Translations under genes and position numbers: made by a program
The notes under the pieces: model-generated
Databases searched by the model: none
What the model was told of the DNA's origin: nothing
What the model saw: only the letters and a program-made list of their open reading frames with translations
Source: Macrostomum lignano
Taxonomy: Eukaryota
Assembly (NCBI GenBank): GCA_002269645.1
Contig: NIVC01004984.1
Coordinates: 1 to 29,470, forward strand
DNA: 29,470 nt
Direction of reading: 5' to 3'
Part shown: in pieces, positions 1-14,122 of the stretch
How positions within the stretch are numbered: the first letter of the stretch is position 1
Layout of the letters: the number at the start of each line of letters is the position of its first letter

Positions 1-3000
1 TGTAAAAAAATCAAGAAGCGTCATGTAAAAAATCATAGAAGCGTCATGCGTAAAAATCATAGAAGCGTCATGTAAACAATCATAGAAGCGGTCATGTAAA
101 AAATCATATAGAAGCGTCATGTAAACAATCATAGAAGCGTCATGTAAAAATCATAGAAGCGTCATGTAAAAATCATAGAAGCGTCCATGTAAACAATCAT
201 AGAAGCGTCATGTAAAAATATAAGCGTCATGTAAAAATCATAGAAGCGTCATGTAAACAATCATGAAGCGTCATGTAAAAAATCATAGAAGCGTCATGTA
301 AAAAATCATAGAAGCGTCATGTAAACAATCATAGAAGCGTCATGTAAAAATCATAAGCGTCATGTAAAAATTCATAGAAGCGTCATGTAAAAATATAGAG
401 CGTCATGTAAAAAATCATAGAAGCGTCATGTAAAACAATCATAGAAGCGTCATGTAAAATAAGCGTCATGTAAATCATAGAAGCGTCATGTAAAAAATCA
501 TAGAAGCGTCATGTAAAAATCATAGAAGCGTCATGTAAAAAGCATAGAAGCGTCATGTAAAAAATCATAGAAGCGTCATGTAAAAATCATAGAAGCGTCA
601 TGTAAACAATCATAGAAGCGTCATGTAAAAATCATAGAAGCGTCATGTAAACATCATAGAAGCGTCATGTAAACAACATAGAAGCGTCATGTAAAAAATC
701 AAGAAGCGTCATGTAAAAATCATAGAAGCGTCATGTAAAAATCATAGAAGCGTCATGTAAAAATCATAGAAGCGTCATGTAAAAATCATAGAAGCGTCAT
801 GTAAAAATCATAGAAGCGTCATGTAAACAATCATAGAAGCGTCATGTAAAATATAAGCGTCATGTAAAAACGCCTAGAAGCGTCATGTAAACAATCATAG
901 AAGCGTCATGTAAAAAATCATAGAAGCGTCATGAAAAAATCATAGAAGCGTCATGTAAACAATCATAGAAGCGTCATGTAAAAATATAAGCGTCCATGTA
1001 AAAATCATAGAAGCGTTATGTAAAAAATCATAGAAGCGTCATGTAAAAATCATAGAAGCGTCATGTAAAATCATAGAAGCGTCATGTAAAAAATCATAGA
1101 AGCGTCATGTAAAAATCATAGAAGCGTCATGTAAAAATCAGAAGCGTCATGTAAACATCATAGAAGCGTCATGTAAACAATCATAGAAGCGTCATGTAAA
1201 AAATCATAGAAGCGTCATATAAAAACATCATAGAAGCGTCATGTAAACAATCATAGAAGCGTCATGTAAAAAATCATAGAAGCGTCATGTAAAATCATAG
1301 AGCGTCATGTAAAAACATAGAAGCGTCATGTAAACAATCATAGAAGCGTCATGTAAAAATCATAGAAGCGTCATGTAAAAAATCATAGAATCGTCATGTA
1401 AAAAATATAGAAGCGTCATGTAAAAACCATAGAAGCGTCATGTAAACAATCATAGAAGCGTCATGTAAACAATCATAGAAGCGTCATGTAAAAATCATAG
1501 AAGCGTCATGTAAAAATCATAGAAGCGTCATGTAAAAAATCATAGAAGCGTCATGTAAAAATCATAGAAGCGTCATATAAAATCATAGAAGCGTCATGTA
1601 AACAATCATAGAAGCGTCATGTAACATCATAGAAGCGTCATATAAACAATCATAGAAGCGTCATGTAAACAACATAGAAGCGTCATGTAAACAATCATAG
1701 AAGCGTCATGTAAAAATCATAGAAGCGTCATGTAAAAAATCATAGAAGCGTCATGTAAACAATCATAGAAGCGTCATGTAAACAATCATAAAAGCGTCAT
1801 GTAAAAAATCATAGAAGCGTCATGTAAACAATCATAGAAGCGTCATGTAAAAATCAAGAAGCGTCATATAAAAAGCATAGAAACGTCATGTAAACAATCA
1901 TAGAAGCGTCATATAAAAATCATAGAAGCGTCATGTAAAAATCATAGAAGCGTCATGTAAAAATCATAGAAGCGTCATGTAAAAATCATAGAAGCGTCAT
2001 GTAAAAATCATAGAAGCGTCATGTAAACAATCATAGAAGCGTCATGTAAAAAATCATAAAAGCGTCATGTAAAAAATCATAGAAGCGTCATGTAAAAAAT
2101 CATAGAAGCGTCATGTAAACAATCATAGAAGCGTCATGTAAACAATCATAGAAGCGTCATGTAAAAATCATAGAAGCGTCATGTAAAATCATAGAAGCGT
2201 CATGTAAAAAATCGTAGAAGCGTCATGTAAAAATCATAGAAGCGTCATAAACAATCATAGAAGCGTCATGTAAACAATCATAGAAGCGTCATGTAAAAAT
2301 CATAGAAGCGTCATGCAGAAAATCATAGAAGCGTCATGAAACAATCATAGAAGCGTCATGTAAAAAGCATAGAAGCGTCATGTAAAAAATCATAGAAGCG
2401 TCATATAAACAATCATAGAAGCGTCATGTAAAAAATCTAGAAGCGTCATGTAAAAATCATAGAAGCGTCATATAAACAATCATAGAAGCGTCATGTAAAC
2501 AATCATAGAAGCGTCATGTAAACAATCATAGAAGCGTCATGAAAAATCATAGAAGCGTCATGTAAAAGCATAGAAGCGTCATGTAAAAATCATAGAAGCG
2601 TCATGTAAACAATCATAGAAGCGTCATGTAAAAAATCATAGAAGCGTCATGTAAAAATCATAGAAGCGTCATGTAAAAAATAGAAGCGTCATGTAAACAA
2701 TCATAGAAGCGTCATGTAAACAATCATAGAAGCGTCATGTAAAAAATCATAGAAGCGTCATGTAAAAAATCATAGAAGCGTCATGTAAAAATCTAGAAGC
2801 GTCATGTAAAAATCATAGAAGCGTCATGTAAACAATCATAGAAGCGTCATGTAAAAATCATAGAAGCGTCATGTAAACAATCATAGAAGCGTCATGTAAA
2901 AATCATAGAAGCGTCATGTAAAAACATAGAAGCGTCATGTAAAAATCATAGAAGCGTCATGTAAACAATCATAGAAGCGTCATGTAAAAATCATAAAAGC

Positions 3001-6000
3001 GTATGTAAAAATCATAGAAGCGTCATGTAAAAATCTTAGAAGCGTCATGTAAAAATCATAGAAGCGTCATGTAAAAAATCATAGAAGCGTCATGTAAACA
3101 ATCATAGAAGCGTCATGTAAAAAATCATAGAAGCGTCATGTAAAAAATCATAGAAGCGTCATGTAAAAATTATAGAAGCGTCATATAAACAGTCATAGAA
3201 GCGTCATGTAAAAAATCTTAGAAGCGTCATGTAAAAATATAGAAGCTCATATAAACAATCATAGAAGCGTCATGTAAACAATCATAGAAGCGTCATGTAA
3301 AACAATCATAGAAGCGTCATGCAAATCGTAGAAGCGTCATGAAAAAATCATAGAAGCGTCATGTAAAAATCATAGAAGCGTCATGTAAAAAACATAGAAG
3401 CGTCATGTAAACAATCATAGAAGCGTCATGTAAAAATCATAGAAGCGTCATGTAAAAATCATAGAAGCGTCATGTAAACAATCATAGAAGCGTCATGTAA
3501 AAATCATAGAAGCGTCATGTAAAAATCATAGAAGCGTCATGTAAACAATCATAGAAGCGTCATGTAAAAAATCATAGAAGCGTCATAAAAATCATAGAAG
3601 CGTCATGTAAAAATCATAGAAGCGTCATGTAAAAACATAAAGCGTCATGTAAAAATCATAGAAGCGTCATTAAAAATCATAGAAGCGTCATGTAAAAAAT
3701 CATAGAAGCGTCATGTAAAAAATCATAAAGCGTCATGTAAAAAATCATAGAAGCGTCATGTAAAAAATCATAGAAGCGTCATGTAAAAATCATAGAAGCG
3801 TCATATAAACATCATAGAAGCGTCATGTAAAAAATCATAGAAGCGTCATGTAAAAATCATAGAAGCGTCATGTAAAAATCATAGAAGCGTCATGTAAAAA
3901 TCATAGAAGCGTCATGTAAAAATCATAGAAGCGTCGTAAAATCATAGAAGCGTCATGTAAAAATCATAGAAGCGTCATGTAAACATAGAAGCGTCATGTA
4001 AAAATCATAGAAGCGTCATGTAAAATCATAGAAGCGTCATGTAAAAATCATAGAAGCGTCATGTAAAATCATAGAAGCGTCATATAAAAATCATAGAAGC
4101 GTCATGTAAACAATCATAGAAGCGTCATGTAAACAATCATAGAAGCGTCATGTAAAAATCATAGAAGCGTCATGTAAAAATCATAGAAGCGTCCTGTAAA
4201 AATCATAGAAGCGTCATGTAAAAAATCATAGAAGCGTCATGTAAACAATCATAGAAGCGTCATGTAAACAATCATAAAGCGTTATGTAAAAAATCATAGA
4301 AGCGTCATGTAAACAATCATAGAAGCGTCATGTAAAAATCAAGAAGCGTCATGTAAAAACATAGAAGCGTCATGTAAACAATCATAGAAGCGTCATGTAA
4401 AAAATCATAGAAGCGTCATGTAAACAATCATAGAAGCGTCATGTAAAAATCATAGAAGCGTCATGTAAAAATCATAGAAGCGTCATGTAAAAATCATAGA
4501 AGCGTCATGTAAACAATCATAGAAGCGTCATGTAAAAAATCATAAAGCGTCATGTAAAAAATCATAGAACGTCATGTAAAAAATCATAGAAGCGTCATGT
4601 AAACAATCATAGAAGCGTCATGTAAAAAATCATAGAAGCGTCATGTAAAAATCATAGAAAGCGTCATGTAAAAATCATAGAAGCGTCATGTAAAAAATCA
4701 TAGAAGCGTCATGTAAAAATCATAGAAGCGTCATGTAAAAATCATAGAAGCGTCATGTAAACAATCATAGAAGCGTCATGTAAAAATCATAGAAGCGTCA
4801 TGCAAAATCATAGAAGCGTCATGTAAAAATCATAGAAGCGTCATGTAAAAACATAGAAGCGTCATGTAAAAATCATAGAAGCGTCATGTAACAATCATAG
4901 AAGCGTCATGTAAAAAATCATAGAAGCGTCATGTAAAAATCATAGAAGCGTCATGTAAACAATCATAGAAGCGTCATGTAAACAATCATAGAAGCGTCAT
5001 GTAAACAATCATAGAAGCGTCATGTAAAAATCATAGAAGCGTCATGTAAAAAGCATAGAAGCGTCATGTAAAAATCATAGAAGCGTCATGTAAACAATCA
5101 TAGAAGCGTCATGTAAAAATCATAAAGCGTTATGTAAAAATCATAGAAGCGTCATGTAAAAAATCATAGAAGCGTCATGTAAAAATCATAGAAGCGTCAT
5201 GTAAACAATCATAGAAGCGTCATGTAAAAAATCATAAAGCGTTATGTAAAAATCATAGAAGCGTCATGTAAAAAATCTTAGAAGCGTCATGTAAAAATTA
5301 TAGAAGCGTCATATAAACAATCATAGAAGCGTCATGTAAAAAATCATAGAAGCGTCATGTAAACAATCGTAGAAGCGTCATGTAAAAATCATAGAAGCGT
5401 CATGTAAAAACATAGAAGCGTCATGTAAAAATCATAGAAGCGTCATGTAAACAATCATAGAAGCGTCATGTAAAAATCATAGAAGCGTCATGTAAAAAAT
5501 CATAGAAGCGTCATGTAAAAATCTAGAAGCGTCATGTAAACAATCATAGAAGCGTCATGTAAACAATCATAGAAGCGTCATGTAAAAAATCATAAAGCGT
5601 TATGTAAAAAATCATAGAAGCGTCATGTAAAAAATCTTAGAAGCGTCATGTAAAAATTATAGAAGCGTCATATAAACAATCATAGAAGCGTCATGTAAAA
5701 AATCTAGAAGCGTCATGTAAAAATCATAGAAGCGTCATATAAAAAATCATAGAAGCGTCATGTAAAAATCATAGAAGCGTCATGTAAAAATCATAGAAGC
5801 GTCTGCAAAAATCGTAGAAGCGTCATGTAAAAATCATAGAAGCGTCATGTAAAAACATAGAAGCGTCATGTAAAAAATCATAGAAGCGTCATATAAACAA
5901 TCATAGAAGCGTCATGTAAAAAATCTTAGAAGCGTCATGTAAAAATCATAGAAGCGTCATGTAAACAATCATAGAAGCGTCATGTAAACAATCATAGAAG

Positions 6001-9000
6001 CGTCATGTAAACAATCATAGAAGCGTCATGTAAACAATCATAGAAGCGTCATGTAAAAATCATAGAAGCGTCCTGCAGAAATCGTAGAAGCGTCATGAAA
6101 AATCATAGAAGCGTCATGTAAAAAGCATAGAAGCGTCATGTAAAAAATCATAGAAGCGTCATATAAAAATCATAGAAGCGTCATGTAAACAATCATAGAA
6201 GCGTCATGTAAACAATCATAGAAGCGTCATGTAAAAATATAAGCGTCATGTAAAAACATAGAAGCGTCATGTAAACAATCATAGAAGCGTCATGTAAAAA
6301 ATCATAGAAGCGTCATGAAAAAATCATAGAAGCGTCATGTAAACAATCATAGAAGCGTCATGTAAAAATCAAACAAGCGTCATGTAAAAAATCATAGAAG
6401 CATCATGTAAAAATCATAGAAGCGTCATGTAAAAATCATAGAAGCGTCATGTAAAAAATCATAGAAGCGTCATGTAAACATCATAGAAGCGTCATGTAAA
6501 CAATCATAGAAGCGTCATGTAAAAATCATAGAAGCGTCATGTAAACAATCATAGAAGCGTCATGTAAAAATCATAGCGTCATGTAAAAACCATAGAAGCG
6601 TCATGTAAACAATCATAGAAGCGTCATGTAAAAAATCATAGAAGCGTCATGAAAAATCATAGAAGCGTCATGTAAACAATCATAGAAGCGTCATGTAAAA
6701 ATATAAGCGTCATGTAAAAATCATAGAAGCGTCATGTAAAAATCATAGAAGCGTCATGTAAAAATCATAGAAGCGTCATGTAAAAATCATAGAAGCGTCA
6801 TGTAAAAATATAAGCGTCATGTAAAAATCATAGAAGCGTCATGTAAAAATCATAGAAGCGTCATGTAAAAATCATAGAAGCGTCATCTAAAAAGCATAGA
6901 AGCGTCATGTAAAAAATCATAGAAGCGTCATGTAAAAAATATAAGCGTCATGTAAAAACCATAGAAGCGTCATGTAAACAATCATAGAAGCGTCATGTAA
7001 ACAATCATAGAAGCGTCATGTAAAAAATCATAGAAGCGTCATATAAACATCATAGAAGCGTCATGTAAAAATCAAGAAGCGTCATGTAAACAATCATAGA
7101 AGCGTCATGTAAAAATCATAAAGCGTCATGTAAAAATATAAGCGTCATGTAAAAACCATAGAAGCGTCATGTAAACAATCATAGAAGCGTCATGTAAACA
7201 ATCATAGAAGCGTCATGTAAAAATATAAGCGTCATGTAAAAACCATAGAAGCGTCATGTAAACAATCATAGAAGCGTCATGTAAAAAATCATAGAAGCGT
7301 CATGAAAAAATCATAGAAGCGTCATGTAAAAAATCATAAAAGCGTCATGTAAAAATCATAGAAGCGTCATGTAAAAATCATAGAAGCGTCATGTAAAAAA
7401 TCATAGAAGCGTCATGTAAAAATCATAGAAGCGTCATGTAAAAATCATAGAAGCGTCATATAAACATCATAGAAGCGTCATGTAAACAATCATAGAAGCG
7501 TCATGTAAAAAAATCATAGAAGCGTCATATAAACATCATAGAAGCGTCATGTAAACAATCAAAGAAGCGTCATGTAAACAATCATAGAAGCGTCATGTAA
7601 AAATATAAGCGTCATGTAAAAACCCATAGAAGCGTCATGTAAACAATCATAGAAGCGTCGTGTAAACAATCATAGAAGCGTCATGTAAAAATCATAGAAG
7701 CGTCATGTAAAAATCAAAGAAGCGTCATGTAAAAAATCATAGAAGCGTCATGTAAAAATTATAGAATCGTCATATAAACATCATAGAAGCGTCATGTAAA
7801 CAATCATAGAAGCATCATATAAACATCATAGAAGCGTCATGTAAACAACCATAGAAGCGTCATGTAAAAATCAAAGAAGCGTCATGTAAAAAATCATAGA
7901 AGCGTCATGTAAACAATCATAGAAGCGTCGTGTAAACAATCATAAAAAAGCGTTATGTAAAAAATCATAGAAGCGTCATGTAAACAATCATAGAAGCGTC
8001 ATGTAAAAAATCGAAGAAGCGTCATATAAAAAGCATAGAAACGTCATATAAACAATCATAGAAGCGTCATATAAAAAATCATAGAAGCGTCATGTAAAAA
8101 TCATAGTAGCGTCATGTAAAAAATCATAGAAGCGTCATGTAAACAATCATAGAAGCGTCATATAAACAATCATAGAAGCGTCATCTAAAAAGCATAGAAG
8201 CGTCATGTAAACAATCATAGAAGCGTCATGGAAAAAGCATAGAAGCGTCATGTAAACAATCATAGAAGCGTCATATAAACAATCATAGAAGCGTCATCTA
8301 AAAAGCATAGAAGCGTCATGTAAACAATCATAGAAGCGTCATGGAAAAAGCATAGAAGCGTCATGTAGACAATCATAGAAGCGTCGTGTAAACAATCATA
8401 GAAGCGTCATGTAAAAATCATAGAAGCGTCATGTAAAAATCAAAGAAGCGTCATGTAAAAAATCATAGAAGCGTCATGTAAAAATTATAGAATCGTCATA
8501 TAAACATCATAGAAGCGTCATGTAAACAATCATAGAAGCATCATATAAACATCATAGAAGCGTCATGTAAACAACCATAGAAGCGTCATGTAAAAATCAA
8601 AGAAGCGTCATGTAAAAAATCATAGAAGCGTCATGTAAACAATCATAGAAGCGTCGTGTAAACAATCATAAAAAAGCGTCATATAAAAAAGCATAGAAAC
8701 GTCATATAAACAATCATAGAAGCGTCATGTAAAAAATCGAAGAAGCGTCATATAAAAAGCATAGAAACGTCATATAAACAATCATAGAAGCGTCATATAA
8801 AAAATCATAGAAGCGTCATGTAAAAATCATAGTAGCGTCATGTAAAAAATCATAGAAGCGTCGTGTAAACAATCATAGAAGCGTCATATAAACAATCATA
8901 GAAGCGTCATCTAAAAAGCATAGAAGCGTCATGTAAACAATCATAGAAGCGTCATGGAAAAAGCATAGAAGCGTCATGTAAACAATCATAGAAGCGTCAT

Positions 9001-9322
9001 ATAAACAATCATAGAAGCGTCATCTAAAAAGCATAGAAGCGTCATGTAAACAATCATAGAAGCGTCATGGAAAAAGCATAGAAGCGTCATGTAGACAATC
9101 ATAGAAGCGTCATGTAAAAAATCATAGAAGCGTCATGTAAAAATCATAGAAGCGTCATGTAAACAATCATGGAAGCGTCATGTAAAAAAATCATAGAAGC
9201 GTCATGTAAAGAGCATAGAAGCGTCATATAAACAATCATAGAAGCGTCATATTAAAAATCATAGAAGCATCATGTAAAAATCATAGAAGCGTCATGAAAA
9301 ATCATAGAAGCCTCATTTAAAG
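1..9322. repeat. Satellite DNA array, ~22-bp monomer (consensus AGAAGCGTCATGTAAAAATCAT; variants AAACAATC and AAAAAATC give 21-23 bp), roughly 410-420 copies; runs off the left edge of the window
   Basis: The monomer is directly visible throughout; it decays after ~9300 with remnants to ~9415. Much of the variation is A-run length, which may partly be long-read error. Confidence 0.98.
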
Positions 9323-9519
9323 ACTAATGAAAGTGTCAGTTAAAAAAATTAAGAAGCATCATGGTAGAATAAAAGAAGCGTCATGTCAGACATGAAGGTG
9401 TCATGTAAAAATTAAATGCAGTTATAATGCTGTGCTGGGGAGAAAAACTGAGACGTAAAGGCTCTCAGAGAATAACTGAGATTACGGGGGGGGGTGGTTC
9501 TGAGATGTCAAAGCAAAAG

Positions 9520-10560
9520 TCAGAAGCTACTTCAAAGTTCATGTACTTTACTCAATTTTTTAATTACATTCTTTGTTGGCTCGCCACGGGGGGAGGCGCT
9601 GATAGAAGAAGAGTCATGTAAAAAATAAAAGTAGCACTAAGTATACATAAAAGAAAGGTCATGTCGAAGTCAAAAGATTCATTTGGGAATTGCTACGATG
9701 TCAAAGCTTGGTGGAAATCGTTATAGTGCTGTGATTCTTAAAGAAGGAATCACTAAAATGCCAAGGCTTAGGGGAGAAGAATTGCTGAGATTTCAAGGCT
9801 TTAGGTTGGGTTAAAGTTAGGTTTAGGTCAGGTGTGGGTTGAGGGTTATATTTTATCGGGTTTCAAGGTTAACAGGGGATTTTTTAGATTTCAAGGTTTA
9901 TGGGGGCCATCGCTGACATGTCAAGGCTTACGGGGGGGAATAGCTGAGATGTCAAGGCTTACGGGGGGGAATAGCTGAGATGTCAGGGCTCACTGGGGTA
10001 TAAATGAGATTTCAAGGCTAAAGCCAGAAGCTACATGTAGTTTATTGAAAACTTTTTATTACATTATTTGATGCCTCCTCAGGGGAGGGATCGCTGATAA
10101 AAAAAGCGTAATGTAAAAATAAAAGAAGCTTCATGTCGAAGTTAAGAGATTCATTTGGGAATCCCTACGATATCGAGGCTTGCAGGGAATCGCAATAATG
10201 CTGTAGTAGTGCTATTATGACTCTTAGAGAGAATTACTGAAATTTCAATGCTTTAGGGTTAGGTTAGGGTTAGGGTTAGGGTTAGGGTTAGGGCTAGGGT
10301 TAGGCTAGGGTTAGGGTTAGGGTTAGGTTTGGATTAGGGTTAGAAGGTTGACAGATATTTTTAGATTTTCAAGGCTTATTGGGGGCATTGCTGAGATGTC
10401 AGGGGGGGGAGTTGATATGTTAAAGCTTGTGGGGGGAATTACTGACATGTCAAGGCTTACAAGGTTTGACAGGAGATTTTTTAAGATTTCAAGGATACAT
10501 GTAGCTTATTAAAAAACGTGTATTGCATTTCTTTGGCTCCCCAACGGGGGGCGTAGATTG
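9520..10560. repeat. Degenerate tandem duplication, period ~500 bp (about 2 copies plus the start of a third), each copy with a satellite-like motif, a TTAGGG-like tract and ~30-bp GCTGAGATGTCAAGGCTTACGGGGGGGAATA sub-repeats
   Basis: Paired landmarks: CAGAAGCTAC (~9521 and ~10025); TCATGTCGAAGT.AA.AGATTCATTTGGGAAT (~9659 and ~10131); degenerate vs intact TTAGGG tract (~9801 and 10253). TACATGTAG.TTATT recurs at ~10031 and ~10496. Confidence 0.75.
10253..10343 (+). repeat. Interstitial telomere-like tract (TTAGGG)n, ~15 units of which 9 are perfect
   Basis: TTAGGG units interspersed with TTAGG and CTAGGG variants; non-telomeric sequence on both sides. Confidence 0.9.
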
Positions 10561-10593
10561 CTAGTCTGATTCTATAACTAAAAGCTACAACAA

Positions 10594-10623
10594 AAGGTTG
10601 CAGAACTTTTTGATCACCCCTCG

Positions 10624-10625
<2 letters not shown>
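10594..10625 (-). mobile_element. Solo terminal inverted repeat of a mariner-like DNA transposon, ending at a TA dinucleotide
   Basis: The reverse complement reads TA-CGAGGGGTGATCAAAAAGTTCTGCAACC, resembling irritans-subfamily mariner ends (Hsmar2-type TA-CGAGGGGTCTTCAAAAAGTTC, recalled from memory). No partner TIR or transposase ORF seen. Confidence 0.5.
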
Positions 10626-12281
<1,656 letters not shown>

Positions 12282-12515
12282 GTGTCAGACGCGTTCCCAC
12301 TCCGCTACTCAGCCCCTTCTGCTTCAGGTTGATAAGCGGCTATCTGTGCTTTTGTCTGTCAGATGTTTGGCTCGATGATCTTCAAAACCAGACAGCCAAT
12401 CCGAGCTCTCTCAGCTCATCCCCGGCACCTCTAGATTTAAAGCCAGGTTGATAATCTCTCCCGAGTCCGCGGTGGATAACAAGACGATTCTTGGCGCGGG
12501 ACAGCACGGCACCAG

Positions 12516-12790
12516 GTAATCAGTTTTATTACCCTGTTTATTTGTCAGCGGCTCCAATTATCTGAGTTATTCTCCAAGCCGGTCATAATTTGGGCTTCTC
12601 CTTTTTATCTGATCTCCAAGCAGATTGACTTCAAGCGACAGAGTCAATAGAGCAATCGGGTCGAGCACTCAACTTCCTGGTATTAGCGCAGCATAGCTTG
12701 AAAAAATAAGATAAATAAAGACGACGGAGAGTCTCAACACACCGACTCTGTCTCTTATACTCACATAAAACTTTACCCTTACCTATTCAG
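12516..12790 (+). other. Probable 5'UTR intron of the neuropeptide gene
   Basis: Donor CAG|GTAATC at 12516 and a strong acceptor CTTTACCCTTACCTATTCAG| ending at 12790, 38 nt before the ATG. A non-coding first exon is typical of vertebrate NPY genes. Confidence 0.5.
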
Positions 12791-12828
12791 CAAGTCTGAA
12801 ACAGCAGCCAGCCAACCCTGACTCTGCA

Positions 12829-13997
12829 ATGGCCCCTAGCAACTCCTTTGTGTCCTGTAAGCACCCGGCAGCTCAGTTGCTTCTGCCGATGCTGCTGCTG
12901 CTGCTGCTGCTCCCAGTCTGCCTGCGGCAGGGCGGGGCGGTGGCCGCCTTCCGAGTCGAGGCCGAGGCCGACTATCCCGACTCCGATCTGGCTGGCATCG
13001 ACGATCTGCTGGTGAAAAAGCGTCTGGCAGCGGCCGACCACAGCAACTTGGACTCGCTCAAGTTCCGCCTGATCGAGGCGGGAAAGCTGCCGGCGGCCGC
13101 CACGGACGAGGATGTGGCGAGATACGTGCAGCAGATTGTGCAGATGGTGAATAGGCCGAGGTAAATCTTTTTCCACGATTTTTATAGCGTTTACTGGTTC
13201 GTGTCTAACAGGTACATTGAAAACAAAAAAGTTTTCATTACTTCATTTGGGTTGAGTACACTGACTGGTTGAGTACACTGACTAGTTGAGTACACTGACT
13301 AGTTGAGTACACTGACTAGTTGAGTACACTGACTAGTTGAGCACACTGACTAGTTGAGTATACTGACTAGTTGAGTACACTGACTAGTTGAGTACACTGA
13401 CTAGTTGAGTACACTGACTAGTTGAGTACACTGACTGGTTGAGTACACTGACTAGTTGAGTACACACTGATTGGTTGAGTACACTGAATAGTTAAGTAGA
13501 CTGAGTGACTGGTTGAGTACATTGGCTGGTTGAGTACATTGGCTGGTTGAGTACATTGGCTGGTTGAGTACATTGACTGGTTGAGTACATTGACTGGTTG
13601 AGTACATTGGCTGGTTGAGTACATTGGCTGGTTGAGTACATTGGCTGGTTGAGTACATTGACTGGTTGAGTACATTGACTGGTTGAGTACATTGACTGGT
13701 TGAGTACATTGACTGGTTGAGTACATTGACTGGTTGAGTACATTGACTGGTTGAGTACATTGGCTGGTTGAGTAGACTGCAGTTTATGGAGCTCCATTGC
13801 GTAAAATTTTATTTGGGTGCAGCATCCGTAAAGATAAATTACATTCAGGACATGCAAAAACTCTTAGGCATGGTAGGAGAAGCTTAGAGATCTGTGAGGA
13901 TGAAATTTGCAATGAGGTGCCATCAATCAACCTTTATCGTTTCAGGTACGGCAGAAGCGTCGACAAGCAGACAGCCTGGCACTCCAAACGACTTTAA
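12829..13997 (+). CDS. npy/npf-like: Neuropeptide Y/F (NPY/NPF) family precursor, join(12829..13160,13946..13997), 127 aa; predicted peptide ends ...EDVARYVQQIVQMVNRPRY-amide (G-R amidation/cleavage site)
   Basis: Hydrophobic signal peptide (LLLPMLLLLLLLPVCL) and a KKR site. The ORF ends RPR at AG|GTAAAT (13160/13161); acceptor CCTTTATCGTTTCAG|G (13945/13946) continues in phase 2 as R-Y-G-R-SVDKQTAWHSKRL*. A phase-2 intron inside the penultimate Arg codon is the hallmark of NPY/NPF genes. EDVARY resembles EDMARY of human NPY. Confidence 0.88.
13250..13774. repeat. 17-bp minisatellite (GTTGAGTACACTGACTA, then GTTGAGTACATTGRCTG), ~30 copies, inside the NPY intron
   Basis: Directly visible; two variant domains separated by a short irregular junction at ~13490-13515. 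Confidence 0.97.
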
Positions 13998-14116
13998 AGA
14001 CGAATTCGTCAGGATGCGCCAGAATGACTCCATCAATTCAATGACTCGATAAAAATTAAAACAAAATTTTCAATCTATCCAAGACCTGAGCTCCATATCC
14101 AGCTGAAACTGATAGC

Positions 14117-14122
14117 AATAAA
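14117..14122 (+). promoter_or_regulatory. Candidate polyadenylation signal of the NPY-like gene
   Basis: AATAAA ~120 nt after the stop codon; an ATTAAA also lies at 14055-14060. Confidence 0.45.
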
